Positions 9,484 through 19,794 of a DNA stretch of 64,000 nt are shown here, piece by piece. The DNA comes from Trichormus sp. ATA11-4-KO1. GTDB lineage: Bacteria > Cyanobacteriota > Cyanobacteriia > Cyanobacteriales > Nostocaceae. The position numbers and the translations under genes were made by a program. Below the pieces are notes generated by a model. It ran no database searches. It was not told the origin of the DNA and saw nothing but the letters and a program-made list of their open reading frames with translations. The DNA lies in the NCBI GenBank assembly GCA_019358915.1, contig JAHHIM010000015.1:34249-98248 (forward strand), in the 5' to 3' direction. The first letter of the stretch is position 1. Each line of letters starts with the position of its first letter.

Positions 9484-9757
9484 TAGGACTTACGTAACTG
9501 GCATTGAATCTTGTCAGTGTCGTCAAGCTAGACTCCAAAGAAATCATATTGCTTGTGCAATGTTTGTTTGGGTTAGGTTAAAAAATTTAGCCTATACCAC
9601 TGGCCAAACTATTTATCAAATCAAGCATAACTTGCTTTCTAATTATTTAATTCAGCAACTGAAACGCCCAAGTATTCTTATGTGCTTGGTTTAATTTAAA
9701 TTGTTGCGTTTCAGGGCTGCACCCTGCCCGCTATTTGTGCCAGTTGCGTAAGTCCTA
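9484..9757 (+). mobile_element. Non-autonomous IS701-like deletion derivative retaining the transposase C-terminus
   Basis: 20-bp inverted ends TAGGACTTACGTAACTGGCA (9484-9503) and TGCCAGTTGCGTAAGTCCTA (9738-9757), 19/20 match. The interior encodes TGIESCQCRQARLQRNHIACAMFVWVRLK...LSNYLIQQLKRP, resembling IS701-family transposase C-termini. Confidence 0.8.
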
Positions 9758-9876
9758 ATAGTTTAATTTATGTTACATTAGCGGAGTAATCGCTTGAGTC
9801 TATGCTAAGTTTAATTGAAATATCTAAAAATATGTTTATTTTCTTATTTTTAAGATATTGACATTATCCCCACAAA

Positions 9877-10215
9877 TTGATGCTTGATTTCAACACCTTA
9901 GCTGAGTTCTCCCGTGCCAATTGCGTAAGTATTTGTGCGTTTCTTGTACCAGCTAACTTAATTGCCACATCACTAACAATCATACTGACAGTATTACGTT
10001 GCCCAACACATCAAGTATGGAAAGCTGTCGGCATAGCAAGTACTTTTGCTTTCATAATGGTATTGCACGTATATACTTGGTTCATCATTGGTGTGGTAAT
10101 GGCTCCCACTTATATTTTGTTGTCTTTAGCAATTAGCTGCTTACTCACTAATTTTGTCATAGTTCTTTTTCAAAAGCGCCGCGTAAACAACCCCAGTCTT
10201 GCTCACAACGCCTAA
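9877..10215 (+). CDS. Small hypothetical membrane protein
   Basis: About three hydrophobic segments; ATG at 9880 is the likely start. Confidence 0.7.
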   Translation: MMLDFNTLAEFSRANCVSICAFLVPANLIATSLTIILTVLRCPTHQVWKAVGIASTFAFIMVLHVYTWFIIGVVMAPTYILLSLAISCLLTNFVIVLFQKRRVNNPSLAHNA

Positions 10216-10309
10216 AATAAAGTGCTGAGTAAAATTCAGAAAGGATTTTGTTGATTTCATTCTTTAGTGGGTGATGCGCCGCCGTGTCTGCTTTTAAGTA
10301 ATTTTCCAA

Positions 10310-11524
10310 CTAATCTAGTACTGCTAACACGGACTTCGGTAATAATTTATCTTTAAACCACACAATTTTTGCTGGGACATTATCTAATTTAACCCCTGCT
10401 TTTTCCAAATTCAATCGTTCAGAAATAGCCAAAATTAAATTGTCACATCCAGAACGCCGCACCTGATAAAACTTCTTTTGTAAATATTCTGGTCGCCAAT
10501 AACCAACAATTTCTAATAAAAAATCACGACCATCAGGATGTACTAAACGAAAATCGGGAATCATCACACTACCAGGAATCGGCACTAAATCAACTTCTCG
10601 CTCTAATATCCAGTCTGTTTTGAGTGCATCCCATTTATCAGCGAAAGATGCCTCCAACATACTATCGTAAGGCTTACCCTTAGAGTAGTGAGATACTAAA
10701 CCACATTCAGAATTGAGGGTAAAACGTCCAGTTTTCCAAGTATTAGTATAAGCATCGCGGGTTTGCAAAGTTGCTGCCAAACTCCATTTAGTCACGTGTA
10801 ATAAAGCCGGAATCAATTTAGCGATCGCCAGCCCATATCGCGTACTAGGATGAAATAAGCTCGTCGGTCCATCCACCGTAATTGTAAACCCGTGGTCAGC
10901 ATCGCCTTCAATATAAGCCATCAATTGAAACAACTTCAAATAGCGAAATAACAGCTTATATTCCCCCGGAACATTACGATGAGCATTTAAAATTAATTGA
11001 CTCGCCTTATAAAAAATTCCCTGCACCTGAGACAAATTATATCTATTTAATAAATCCACCGAAGAAGGCGCATCAAAATTAGTTAAAATCTTATTCTCTG
11101 CCAAATCAGCATACAACCCATCACGCACCTGTTCTAATAAAACCTCACGTTCCAGTTCCTGACTTAACTCAGCAGCAATCTTATTTAAAGTAACTTGCGT
11201 AGATTCCCCACTGGGAACAGACTGCGCCGCCAAAGCAAACACCCGTTCTCTTAATAAAGGTGGTTCCAAAGGACTCACCACCTCAAAAGTGCAGAAACTA
11301 CTCTTAAGAATATAAGCCAACCCCCGCTTCACCCGATAATCAGTAGCATCACCCTCCAAATCCAGAAGCTGACGTTCCAACACTCCCTGACACTTCCCCA
11401 CAGCCTCCTGAAAACAACCAATCAACTCATTCCCCAACTCCAAATTCTTCTGATCAATCTTCAACCTCTTGGGAATTATCTCCTCCCCATTCAGACGATG
11501 ACTTAGTAACTCCGTTGGTAACAT
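10310..11524 (-). CDS. DUF790 family (Bax1-like) PD-(D/E)XK endonuclease
   Basis: YNLSQVQG, DGPTSLF...TRYG, YDSMLEASF, IPDFRL...LLEIVGYWRPEYLQKK. Confidence 0.85.
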   Translation of the reverse strand: MLPTELLSHRLNGEEIIPKRLKIDQKNLELGNELIGCFQEAVGKCQGVLERQLLDLEGDATDYRVKRGLAYILKSSFCTFEVVSPLEPPLLRERVFALAAQSVPSGESTQVTLNKIAAELSQELEREVLLEQVRDGLYADLAENKILTNFDAPSSVDLLNRYNLSQVQGIFYKASQLILNAHRNVPGEYKLLFRYLKLFQLMAYIEGDADHGFTITVDGPTSLFHPSTRYGLAIAKLIPALLHVTKWSLAATLQTRDAYTNTWKTGRFTLNSECGLVSHYSKGKPYDSMLEASFADKWDALKTDWILEREVDLVPIPGSVMIPDFRLVHPDGRDFLLEIVGYWRPEYLQKKFYQVRRSGCDNLILAISERLNLEKAGVKLDNVPAKIVWFKDKLLPKSVLAVLD

Positions 11525-13028
11525 CTTTCTTATCGCTCGAATAATTAATCTCTAACTGTTCCGCCGCCTTCGGACTTCTAACCTTCCCACCCCCATAAAC
11601 TACCTGCAAATCCCCCCTCTTTCCCCTCTTACCTTCGCGAACGCGCCTTCGCGGTTCGTTTTCCACCCCCCTACGCCGCGCCGAAGTCCCCTCCTCACTA
11701 GTATCCTCAGCCACCACCTCATACAAAATCGCCTGCTTATTAGCCACATTCCCCTTTCTTAACACCCTACCCAAACGCTGAATATACTCCCTAGTCGAAC
11801 CAGTCCCCGAAAGAATAATCGCCACAGAAGCCGCCGGGACATCAACCCCTTCATTCAACACATGAGAAGCCACCAAAGTATTGTATTCCCCCTCCCGGAA
11901 CTTACTTAAAATCTCATGCCGTTCCTTCACCGGAGTTTGATGAGTAATCGCCGGAATTAACAACTGCTGCGAAATACTGTAAACCGTCGCATTATCAGCC
12001 GTAAAAATCAAAATTCTTTCCGGAAAATGTGATGCCAACAAATCAGCCAAAACCCTTAACTTCCCATCAGTACCCAAAGCAATAGATTTCGCCTCACGAT
12101 GCGCCAACATCGCCCTTCTCCCAGCCGGCGATCGCGCACTCATTTGCACAAACATTTGCCAACCTTGAATACTCCCTAACGATATCTTTGATTGACGTAA
12201 AAAATCATTCCGCGTTTGAATTAACTGATTGTATCTTTCTCGCTCCTGCTGCGATAACTTCACCTTAATTTGGACAATTTCGTGGTTAGCTAACGCATTC
12301 CCCGCCAAATCTTCAGCCCGTTTGCGGTATACCTCAGGGCCAATCAAAATATTTAAATCGGCGTGCTTTCCATCAGTCCGTTCCGGTGTCGCTGATAATC
12401 CCAAACGATAAGGCGCGATCGCATATTCCGCAATTACCCGCCCAAAATCCGTTGGTAAATGATGACATTCATCAAACACAATCAACCCGTAGAGATTTCC
12501 CAAACTTTCCGCATGAATCGCCGCACTATCATAAGTCGCCACCAAAATCGCCGTGCGATCGCGCGAACCACCCCCCAACAAACCCACCTCCGCATCAGGA
12601 AACGCCGCCACCAAATGAGCATACCACTGGTGCATCAAATCCAAAGTTGGCACCACAATTAACGTCGTGCGTGGAGTAGATTGCATCGCCATTTGCGCCA
12701 AATAAGTCTTACCAGCCGCCGTAGGTAGCACCACAACCCCCTGCCTTCCCGCCAACTTCCAAGCAGTTAAAGCCTCACTTTGATGGGGATAAGGCTCCAT
12801 TTCCACACTCGCAATCAAATCCACCGGATAGAATTCTTTCGCTTCATCGACAAAATAGACATCTTCCGCTTGCAGTGCTTCCACCACAGCCCGATAGCGC
12901 AGCGCCGGAATGCGAAACTTTTCCACGCGATCGTCCCACGTAGCATAATCCATCCAACCCTTACCGCGTGGTGGAGGATGCAAAATTAATGTACCGCGAT
13001 CAAAGGTTAATGTGGGTGTGCGAGCCAT
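11454..13028 (-). CDS. XPB/Rad25-like SF2 DNA helicase
   Basis: LPTAAGKT, DECHHL, LSATPER, LNEGVDVP, YIQRLGRVLR; paired with DUF790. Confidence 0.88.
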   Translation of the reverse strand: MARTPTLTFDRGTLILHPPPRGKGWMDYATWDDRVEKFRIPALRYRAVVEALQAEDVYFVDEAKEFYPVDLIASVEMEPYPHQSEALTAWKLAGRQGVVVLPTAAGKTYLAQMAMQSTPRTTLIVVPTLDLMHQWYAHLVAAFPDAEVGLLGGGSRDRTAILVATYDSAAIHAESLGNLYGLIVFDECHHLPTDFGRVIAEYAIAPYRLGLSATPERTDGKHADLNILIGPEVYRKRAEDLAGNALANHEIVQIKVKLSQQERERYNQLIQTRNDFLRQSKISLGSIQGWQMFVQMSARSPAGRRAMLAHREAKSIALGTDGKLRVLADLLASHFPERILIFTADNATVYSISQQLLIPAITHQTPVKERHEILSKFREGEYNTLVASHVLNEGVDVPAASVAIILSGTGSTREYIQRLGRVLRKGNVANKQAILYEVVAEDTSEEGTSARRRGVENEPRRRVREGKRGKRGDLQVVYGGGKVRSPKAAEQLEINYSSDKKDVTNGVTKSSSEWGGDNSQEVED

Positions 13029-13314
13029 TTTTTAATTTGTAATTTATCTTACTTAGTGCTGAGTGCTGAGATCAGAAGAAGAATAACAAAAAGTGTCTGT
13101 TTTCCCAAATAGCGCTAGTCGTAACGTTGTGGTTAGCGATCGCAGTAGCAAGAAAAATTGTCGAAAATTCTGTCTAATTTAAGCAATCAGGCGATCGCCC
13201 TTATCCCCCTCATCCCCTCTTTACCTCTTTAGATAGATTCACAGCCAGTAATTGTTATCTGGGGATTTTTCCGTTGCAAAATAGGTGTTGAGAGAACGCA
13301 CTGTTTAGCTAATT

Positions 13315-16041
13315 TTGGGAATACTCCCTTTAGCTGGCTGCACGAAAGGAGACGCCACATTGAAAGGAATACGCCCCCGGCTCGCACCCTACGCTGTGGC
13401 ATTATTGGCTGTTGGTAGTGCATTGCTACTAACACTGTTGCTACACTCACAGCTAATCTTCAATATTTTCCCACTGTTTTTTGCTGCCGTAGCCTTTAGT
13501 GCTTGGTATGGCGGTATGAAATCAGGATTGCTGGCTGCGTTTGTATCTATTTTAGCTATCAATTACTTTTTCGTGAAACCAGTGTTTACGCACTTGATTT
13601 CTGGGATGGAAGACATAGTGCGATTAAGCGTATTCATTATGGTAACAGTACTTATTAGCTTGCTGAATGCAGAGTTGCATTATGCTAAACAGCGTCTAGA
13701 AATGGGTATGCAGAAGCTACAAGCAAGTGAGGCTAAGTTTAAAAGATTGGCAGAATCTAACATCATCGGGGTCATTGTAGCCGATGTAAACGGGACAATT
13801 CTTGAGGCTAACGATGCTTTTCTCAAGATGGTAGGTTATACATGGGAGGATTTGCTCACAGGGCGAGTGCGATGGCGTGATATGACCCCACCAGAATATC
13901 TGCAAATCAGTGAGTCTTGCATTGCAGACCTCAAAACTAAAAGCGTGTGTCAGCCCTTCGAGAAAGAATATATCCGTAAAGATGGTAGTCGCGTCCCCGT
14001 TTTAGTCGGTTCTGCCTTATTAGAAAATAATCAACAGCATGTTGTCAGTTTTGTCCTGGACTTAAGCGAAAGTAAACGCACAGAAAAGGCACTACGCCAA
14101 CAAGAAGATGACATGCGGCTAATTACAGATGCTGTACCTGCGCTGATTTCTTATGTTGATACTCAGCATCGCTATCGCTTTAATAACAAAGGATATGAAG
14201 ACTGGTTGGGATTTTCCGCCTCAGAAACTTATGGCAAACACATTAAAGAAATTTTGGGCGAGTCAGTTTACCAGTCAATTCTTCCTTACATAGAATTAGT
14301 ATTATCAGGAAAACAAGTAACTTTTGAAAACCAAATTTCTTGTAAAGATAATACAACTCACATTGTGAATACTACTTACATTCCTCAGTTTGATATAGCA
14401 AACAAAGTCAAAGGTTTTGTGGCTTTAGTCACAGATATTACAAATCACAAACTAGCAGAAAAAGCTCTCAAAGATAGTGAAGAAAGGTTGCGAACACTTA
14501 CGGAAAAGGTGCGGGTAATTCCTTGGGAAGCAGATGCCACTACAGGGAATTTTACTTATGTAGGACCACAAATTTATGAAATTCTTGGTTATCCTTTGAA
14601 AGATTGGTACACCGATAATTTTTGGGCAGAACACATACATCCAGAGGATCGGGAGTGGGTCATCAAGTACTGCCAACAATCTTCACTGTCACTAGATAAT
14701 TACGAATTTGAATACAGAATGTTGGCAGCTGATGGTAAAATTGTCTGGCTGTATGACATTATCAATGTCGTGCGCAGTGGAGATAAATCACCACTCCTGC
14801 ATGGATTCATGATTGATATTACCGATCGCAAGCAGGCAGAGCAAGAACGCGAACACTTGCTAGAGAGCGAACAAGCAGCACGTGCCGAGGCGGAAACAGC
14901 CAACCGCATGAAAGATGAGTTTTTAGCTACACTCTCCCACGAACTCCGTACTCCCCTCAACGCCATGCTCGGTTGGACACAGCTACTCAGGAGCCGCAAA
15001 TTTGATGAAACTACTACAGCCAGGGCTTTAGAGACAATTGATCGTAATACCAGATCCTTAGCACAACTCATTGAAGATGTCTTAGATGTCTCACGGATTA
15101 TTCGGGGTACACTCCATCTCAATACCCAACCCGTAGAATTAACCCCAGTTGTGGAAACAGCAATTGATACCGTGCGTCCAGCAGCTGACGCTAAAGAAAT
15201 TCGCATCGAATGCAGATTTGATCCGAGCGTAGGGGTAGTAATGGGTGATGCCAACCGATTACAACAAGTTGTCTGGAATTTGCTCTCCAACGCTGTCAAA
15301 TTTACACCCAAACAGGGAATAGTTACTGTACAACTAGAGCGCATTAATTCCCGCGTGCAAATTCGGGTAAGTGATACTGGCGGCGGAATTGCCCCAGAAT
15401 TCCTACCTTACGTATTTGATCGCTTTCGTCAAGCCAATAGCTCAACTACGCGATCGCATGGTGGACTCGGATTAGGATTAGCGATCGTCCGTCACTTGGT
15501 AGAATTGCACGGAGGCATAGTTTGTGCCGAAAGTCCAGGCATTGGACAAGGGGCCACATTCAGCGTCACTCTGCCGATGAAAGCTGTTGCTGTAAATACC
15601 AGTAACCCCGCACAGTTTTTACCCGCCACTAACAATGAAGATGCTAATAGCCTGCCAACCCTGAAAGGCTTACGAGTGCTAGTTGTCGATGATGAGCCGG
15701 ACGCTCGTCAGTTACTCACCACTATTTTGGGACAGTATGGCGCACAAGTCATGGCCGCAGCATCTACTTTTGAGGCACTAGTTGCCCTAGAAGAATTTCA
15801 CCCTGATGTCCTCGTCAGCGATATTGGGATGCCACAAGAAGATGGTTACACACTAATTCGTAAACTGAGGGCACTTTCCCCAGAACAAGGAGGACAGATT
15901 CCCGCAGTAGCGCTGACAGCCTATGCTAGGGCAGAAGACCGTACCCAAGCCTTATTGGCAGGCTTTCAACTTCACATCCCTAAGCCAGTCAATCCCACGG
16001 AGTTAGCAGCTGTAGTTGCCAATCTCGCTCGACGTACTTGA
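13315..16041 (+). CDS. Hybrid sensor histidine kinase (DUF4118-like TM, three PAS, HisKA, HATPase, REC)
   Basis: LSHELRTPL, NLLSNAVKFT, GGLGLGL, VLVVDDEPD...SDIGMP. The start codon is uncertain. Confidence 0.92.
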   Translation: MGILPLAGCTKGDATLKGIRPRLAPYAVALLAVGSALLLTLLLHSQLIFNIFPLFFAAVAFSAWYGGMKSGLLAAFVSILAINYFFVKPVFTHLISGMEDIVRLSVFIMVTVLISLLNAELHYAKQRLEMGMQKLQASEAKFKRLAESNIIGVIVADVNGTILEANDAFLKMVGYTWEDLLTGRVRWRDMTPPEYLQISESCIADLKTKSVCQPFEKEYIRKDGSRVPVLVGSALLENNQQHVVSFVLDLSESKRTEKALRQQEDDMRLITDAVPALISYVDTQHRYRFNNKGYEDWLGFSASETYGKHIKEILGESVYQSILPYIELVLSGKQVTFENQISCKDNTTHIVNTTYIPQFDIANKVKGFVALVTDITNHKLAEKALKDSEERLRTLTEKVRVIPWEADATTGNFTYVGPQIYEILGYPLKDWYTDNFWAEHIHPEDREWVIKYCQQSSLSLDNYEFEYRMLAADGKIVWLYDIINVVRSGDKSPLLHGFMIDITDRKQAEQEREHLLESEQAARAEAETANRMKDEFLATLSHELRTPLNAMLGWTQLLRSRKFDETTTARALETIDRNTRSLAQLIEDVLDVSRIIRGTLHLNTQPVELTPVVETAIDTVRPAADAKEIRIECRFDPSVGVVMGDANRLQQVVWNLLSNAVKFTPKQGIVTVQLERINSRVQIRVSDTGGGIAPEFLPYVFDRFRQANSSTTRSHGGLGLGLAIVRHLVELHGGIVCAESPGIGQGATFSVTLPMKAVAVNTSNPAQFLPATNNEDANSLPTLKGLRVLVVDDEPDARQLLTTILGQYGAQVMAAASTFEALVALEEFHPDVLVSDIGMPQEDGYTLIRKLRALSPEQGGQIPAVALTAYARAEDRTQALLAGFQLHIPKPVNPTELAAVVANLARRT

Positions 16042-16353
16042 GTAGCATTGGCAGCCTTAACAGTCAACCAATCAAGGCTGCTACTAATTTGTAACCACTA
16101 AGATACCAAAAAAAATACATTACACCATGAAAAGGGTAGACTGCTACTAGTAACCTAGCTGTGCATAGCCAAATCTTGTCGTATAATTATTTACTTTAAG
16201 AAACCTTGCTTACCTGCATAAAAGAAGCTATATCTGAATTCAAGTTGATATTCTGGTGCAGAACCACCCCAATCAGGTAGTGAGCAGGTTAGGATCTTGT
16301 CAAACTTACTTTTTAATTTGAGAAGTTCTATTCGAGAATTTTCTAGCTAAAAT

Positions 16354-16367
16354 AGTATATCTGTTCT
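16354..16367 (+). promoter_or_regulatory. Cyanobacterial LexA box upstream of recA
   Basis: AGTATATCTGTTCT fits RGTAC-N3-DGTWCB with one mismatch, 60 bp upstream of the recA ATG. Confidence 0.75.
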
Positions 16368-16427
16368 ACTCAAATTCCCAGCCGCACATTCCTAAAATCC
16401 ATATAATCCTTATATTTAGAGGCAAGA

Positions 16428-17501
16428 ATGGCTATCAACACTGATACTTCTGGCAAGCAAAAAGCGTTGAATATAGTACTCAACCAGATCGAGCGCAGCT
16501 TCGGTAAAGGAGCAATCATGCGCCTAGGCGATGCTACCCGGATGCGAGTAGAAACTATTTCCACTGGGGCGCTCACCTTGGATCTGGCATTGGGTGGAGG
16601 TTTACCCAAAGGTCGGGTAATTGAAATTTATGGGCCAGAAAGTTCTGGTAAAACTACAGTAGCACTACACGCACTCGCTGAAGTGCAAAAAAATGGCGGC
16701 ATTGCGGCATTTGTTGATGCTGAACACGCCCTTGACCCCACTTATGCTGCGGCCTTGGGTGTAGATATTGAAAATTTGCTAGTTTCTCAACCTGATACTG
16801 GCGAATCTGCTTTGGAAATTGTTGACCAGCTTGTGCGTTCTGCTGCCGTTGATATTGTAGTTATTGACTCAGTTGCAGCACTGGTTCCCCGGGCTGAAAT
16901 TGAAGGAGATATGGGTGATACCCACGTTGGTCTTCAGGCAAGATTGATGAGCCAAGCTCTACGTAAAATCACTGGCAATATCGGTAAATCTGGCTGCACA
17001 GTTATTTTCATCAACCAGTTGCGGCAAAAAATTGGTGTGACTTACGGCAGTCCAGAAACCACCACTGGCGGTAATGCGTTGAAGTTTTATGCCTCAGTCC
17101 GCTTGGATATTCGCCGGATTCAAACCTTGAAAAAAGGCACTGATGAATTTGGTAATCGTGTCAAAGTCAAAGTTGCCAAAAATAAAGTTGCACCGCCTTT
17201 TAGAATAGCGGAATTTGACATTATTTTTGGTAAAGGAGTTTCTACCTTGGGTTGCCTTGTTGACTTAGCAGAAGAAACTAGTGTGATTGTTCGTAAAGGA
17301 GCTTGGTACAGTTACAACGGTGATAACATCTCCCAAGGTCGAGATAATGCTATCAAGTACTTAGAAGAAAAGCCAGAATTTGCTGAACAAATTAAAGAAT
17401 TAGTTCGTCAAAAGCTAGATATGGGAGCAGTTGTCTCTGCTAACTCTGTGTCAAAGGCTAATGAAGAGGATGAAGATGTTGATTTAGAGGAAGAAGAATA
17501 G
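16428..17501 (+). CDS. recA: Recombinase A
   Basis: [44 protein letters not shown]. Confidence 0.99.
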   Translation: MAINTDTSGKQKALNIVLNQIERSFGKGAIMRLGDATRMRVETISTGALTLDLALGGGLPKGRVIEIYGPESSGKTTVALHALAEVQKNGGIAAFVDAEHALDPTYAAALGVDIENLLVSQPDTGESALEIVDQLVRSAAVDIVVIDSVAALVPRAEIEGDMGDTHVGLQARLMSQALRKITGNIGKSGCTVIFINQLRQKIGVTYGSPETTTGGNALKFYASVRLDIRRIQTLKKGTDEFGNRVKVKVAKNKVAPPFRIAEFDIIFGKGVSTLGCLVDLAEETSVIVRKGAWYSYNGDNISQGRDNAIKYLEEKPEFAEQIKELVRQKLDMGAVVSANSVSKANEEDEDVDLEEEE

Positions 17502-17543
17502 ATTCATGTGCGTTCTATTTAATCAAATAGAACGCACATGAAT
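17502..17543. terminator. Perfect 19-bp hairpin after recA (probably bidirectional)
   Basis: ATTCATGTGCGTTCTATTT-AATC-AAATAGAACGCACATGAAT between convergent genes. Confidence 0.75.
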
Positions 17544-17631
17544 ACTTATTCCGGTTGCTATGTAAAATTTTTGGGCTATAAATTCCCCATCAGAATTTAC
17601 CCAATATTCAGCCCAAACTTCTACTATCAAA

Positions 17632-19236
17632 TCACAATAAACCTCGTTTACCATTGGGGCGGATTGTCATCCAATTGGTCTTAGCTAATGCTAACTGCTC
17701 ATCAGAAATTTTGGCACCAGTAAGATTAGCACCACATAGATTAGCTCCTCGGAGATTGGCATTACTAAAATAGGCATTACTAAGGTCTGCGCCTCGCAGG
17801 TCTGCTCCTTCTAAATCAGCATGATTGAAGTAGGCTTTGCTCACATTAGCATCCCTGAGATTCGCGCGAGTGAGACTAGCTCTACCAAAGTCGCTATTAT
17901 GCAGATTAGCTCCTTGGAGATTAGTATTTTGCAATTGAGTAGAATGGAAATTTGTTTCCGATAAGTCAACACCTTGCAAGTTCAGAAAACTTAAATTATG
18001 TAGGGCAAAATCCCGTCTTCCCTTTAGATAAGCTGTGAGTAAACTTTGAGGATCTAATTTGCGCCCTTGAGAATTTTGACTGTGTGAACCATTGCTATTA
18101 CTACTAGTCAAAGCAGTTAATTTACCTAGGGAAGACCCTTGACGCATTCCCCCTGCGTCTGCGGCCTTGGCTCGTCTAGCTCGAATTGCTGCCGCTACCT
18201 GTGCTACACCTCCTGCACTAGTAAAAGCAGCTGCAGGATTATTGCATAAAATAGCAGAATTTTCCCCACGATTATGTGTTGGTTCTTTAACCCCAGCATC
18301 AGATTTAACTAGTAAACCTTGAGCCAAACTTTCTAGATATGGTTCCATCTCTAAGGCTCTCAGTACTTCTTCGGCTGATTGGTAGCGATTGCGTACTGAC
18401 ACGTCTAACATTTTCCGCAGGACACTGGCTAAGTGGTCACTCACTTGCACCAGATGCTCCCACATCATCTCACCTGTTGTGGGATTGTAATCTAAATCTT
18501 TAGGAGTTTTACTACTCAGCAGATAAATACACGTTACCCCCAGTGCATAAATATCGCTGGCATAAACTGGACGCATCGCCATTTGTTCTGGGGGTGCAAA
18601 ACCAGGAGTACCAATTGCATATGCGGTTAATGCTGTTTGTCCTGATTGGCTAACCACGGCTTGGCTGACTTGATTTTTAACAGCGCCAAAATCTATGAGT
18701 ACCATTCTGGCATCTTGAGTACGGCGAATTAAGTTTGCTGGCTTGATATCACGATGAATTACTTTTTGCTCGTGGATGTATTGTAGCAAAGGCAGAATTT
18801 CGCTCAAGAATTGCTTGACACCAGCTTCGCTCAAGATACCGTTAAGTTTGATCTCCTGTTGTAGAGTAGCACCACTGATATATTCTTGGACTAAATAGAA
18901 TTGTTCATGCTCTTCAAAATAGTCCAGCAACCGTGGTACTTGGGGGTGATTGCCAATTTTACCCAGGGTTTTGGCTTCTCTCTCAAAAAGTTCTCGCGCC
19001 ATCTGCAAAATGTGTGGTGCAGTCCCTGAAGGACGTAGTTGCTTGATTACACAACTCGGTTCTCCTGGTAAGGCTTCATCGTTGGCTAAAAAGGTTGCTC
19101 CGAAGCCACCCTGACCTAATGGTTTGACTACCCGATAGCGATCGCGCAACAGTAGTCGCGAGCCACAAGATTGACACCTTTGGCTATAAGCCACATTTTC
19201 TGGATTGGGACAGGTAGGATTTAAGCAGTAGCTCAT
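17632..19236 (-). CDS. Ser/Thr protein kinase with C-terminal pentapeptide repeats (SpkB-like)
   Basis: N-terminal Cys-rich YCLNPTC, LGQGGFG, HRDIKPAN, DFG, GTPGFAPPE; ANLxxA repeats. Confidence 0.92.
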   Translation of the reverse strand: MSYCLNPTCPNPENVAYSQRCQSCGSRLLLRDRYRVVKPLGQGGFGATFLANDEALPGEPSCVIKQLRPSGTAPHILQMARELFEREAKTLGKIGNHPQVPRLLDYFEEHEQFYLVQEYISGATLQQEIKLNGILSEAGVKQFLSEILPLLQYIHEQKVIHRDIKPANLIRRTQDARMVLIDFGAVKNQVSQAVVSQSGQTALTAYAIGTPGFAPPEQMAMRPVYASDIYALGVTCIYLLSSKTPKDLDYNPTTGEMMWEHLVQVSDHLASVLRKMLDVSVRNRYQSAEEVLRALEMEPYLESLAQGLLVKSDAGVKEPTHNRGENSAILCNNPAAAFTSAGGVAQVAAAIRARRAKAADAGGMRQGSSLGKLTALTSSNSNGSHSQNSQGRKLDPQSLLTAYLKGRRDFALHNLSFLNLQGVDLSETNFHSTQLQNTNLQGANLHNSDFGRASLTRANLRDANVSKAYFNHADLEGADLRGADLSNAYFSNANLRGANLCGANLTGAKISDEQLALAKTNWMTIRPNGKRGLL

Positions 19237-19794
19237 GCACTGTCAACTCGCTGCACGAATAATGACCAAGAGCGTTACACTCTCCTTTAATTATTGAAAT
19301 CAAAATTAACTCTTGCCAGGTAATTTTTGCTGGAAATCCTTTGAAGAGTTCCTAAAGTTAACTCCGAGTTACGTAAGGCAATTGTCAAAACAAGATGATT
19401 TATTATACTTATGCTTCTAACTAGTGTCGAGATGACTTTTTATTTATATTACTGGTGTTAAAACTTTTCAATTCAGGTAGACTGCATCATTATTTATACG
19501 TAGTTTTTAGCTTTTTACTCACTACCGCGATCGCAAATCACCTAAAACGGTTCAAAGTATGAGAATGTTGAAGATGCTGGTTTTCACGCTTGAGTGTCCA
19601 GATGCGATTCCCCGTGTGTCGAGCGATCATCGCCTGCCAGTCAGCAGAAATAAAGCCCTTATCTGGGTATGCAGTGGACGATTGAGAGCCGCTAGCGCTG
19701 AATTTGAGGGTATCTGCCACCGCTCAATGAATTAATATGATTTCATGATTAATTAAGATACACTTTCACCCTCACATTGTATGAATTTTACGAC

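Noticed and set aside
9395..9694. 99-aa ORF as a real gene
   Set aside because: It is a chimera of an STRR-containing intergenic stretch, the terminal repeat and a transposase tail.
13039..13052. GTAATTTATCTTAC, a GTA-N8-TAC match upstream of the helicase
   Set aside because: No TAN3T at 22 nt on either strand, only 10 nt from the ATG, AT-rich context; likely chance.
14700..15344. Long antisense ORFs (also 43992-44639, 56706-57191 and 1283-1693)
   Set aside because: Shadow frames of well-supported genes on the opposite strand, with no motifs of their own.
19538..19720. 60-aa ORF or possible ncRNA between the kinase and cnaT
   Set aside because: No recognisable protein motif in the frames examined and no convincing RNA structure or terminator.
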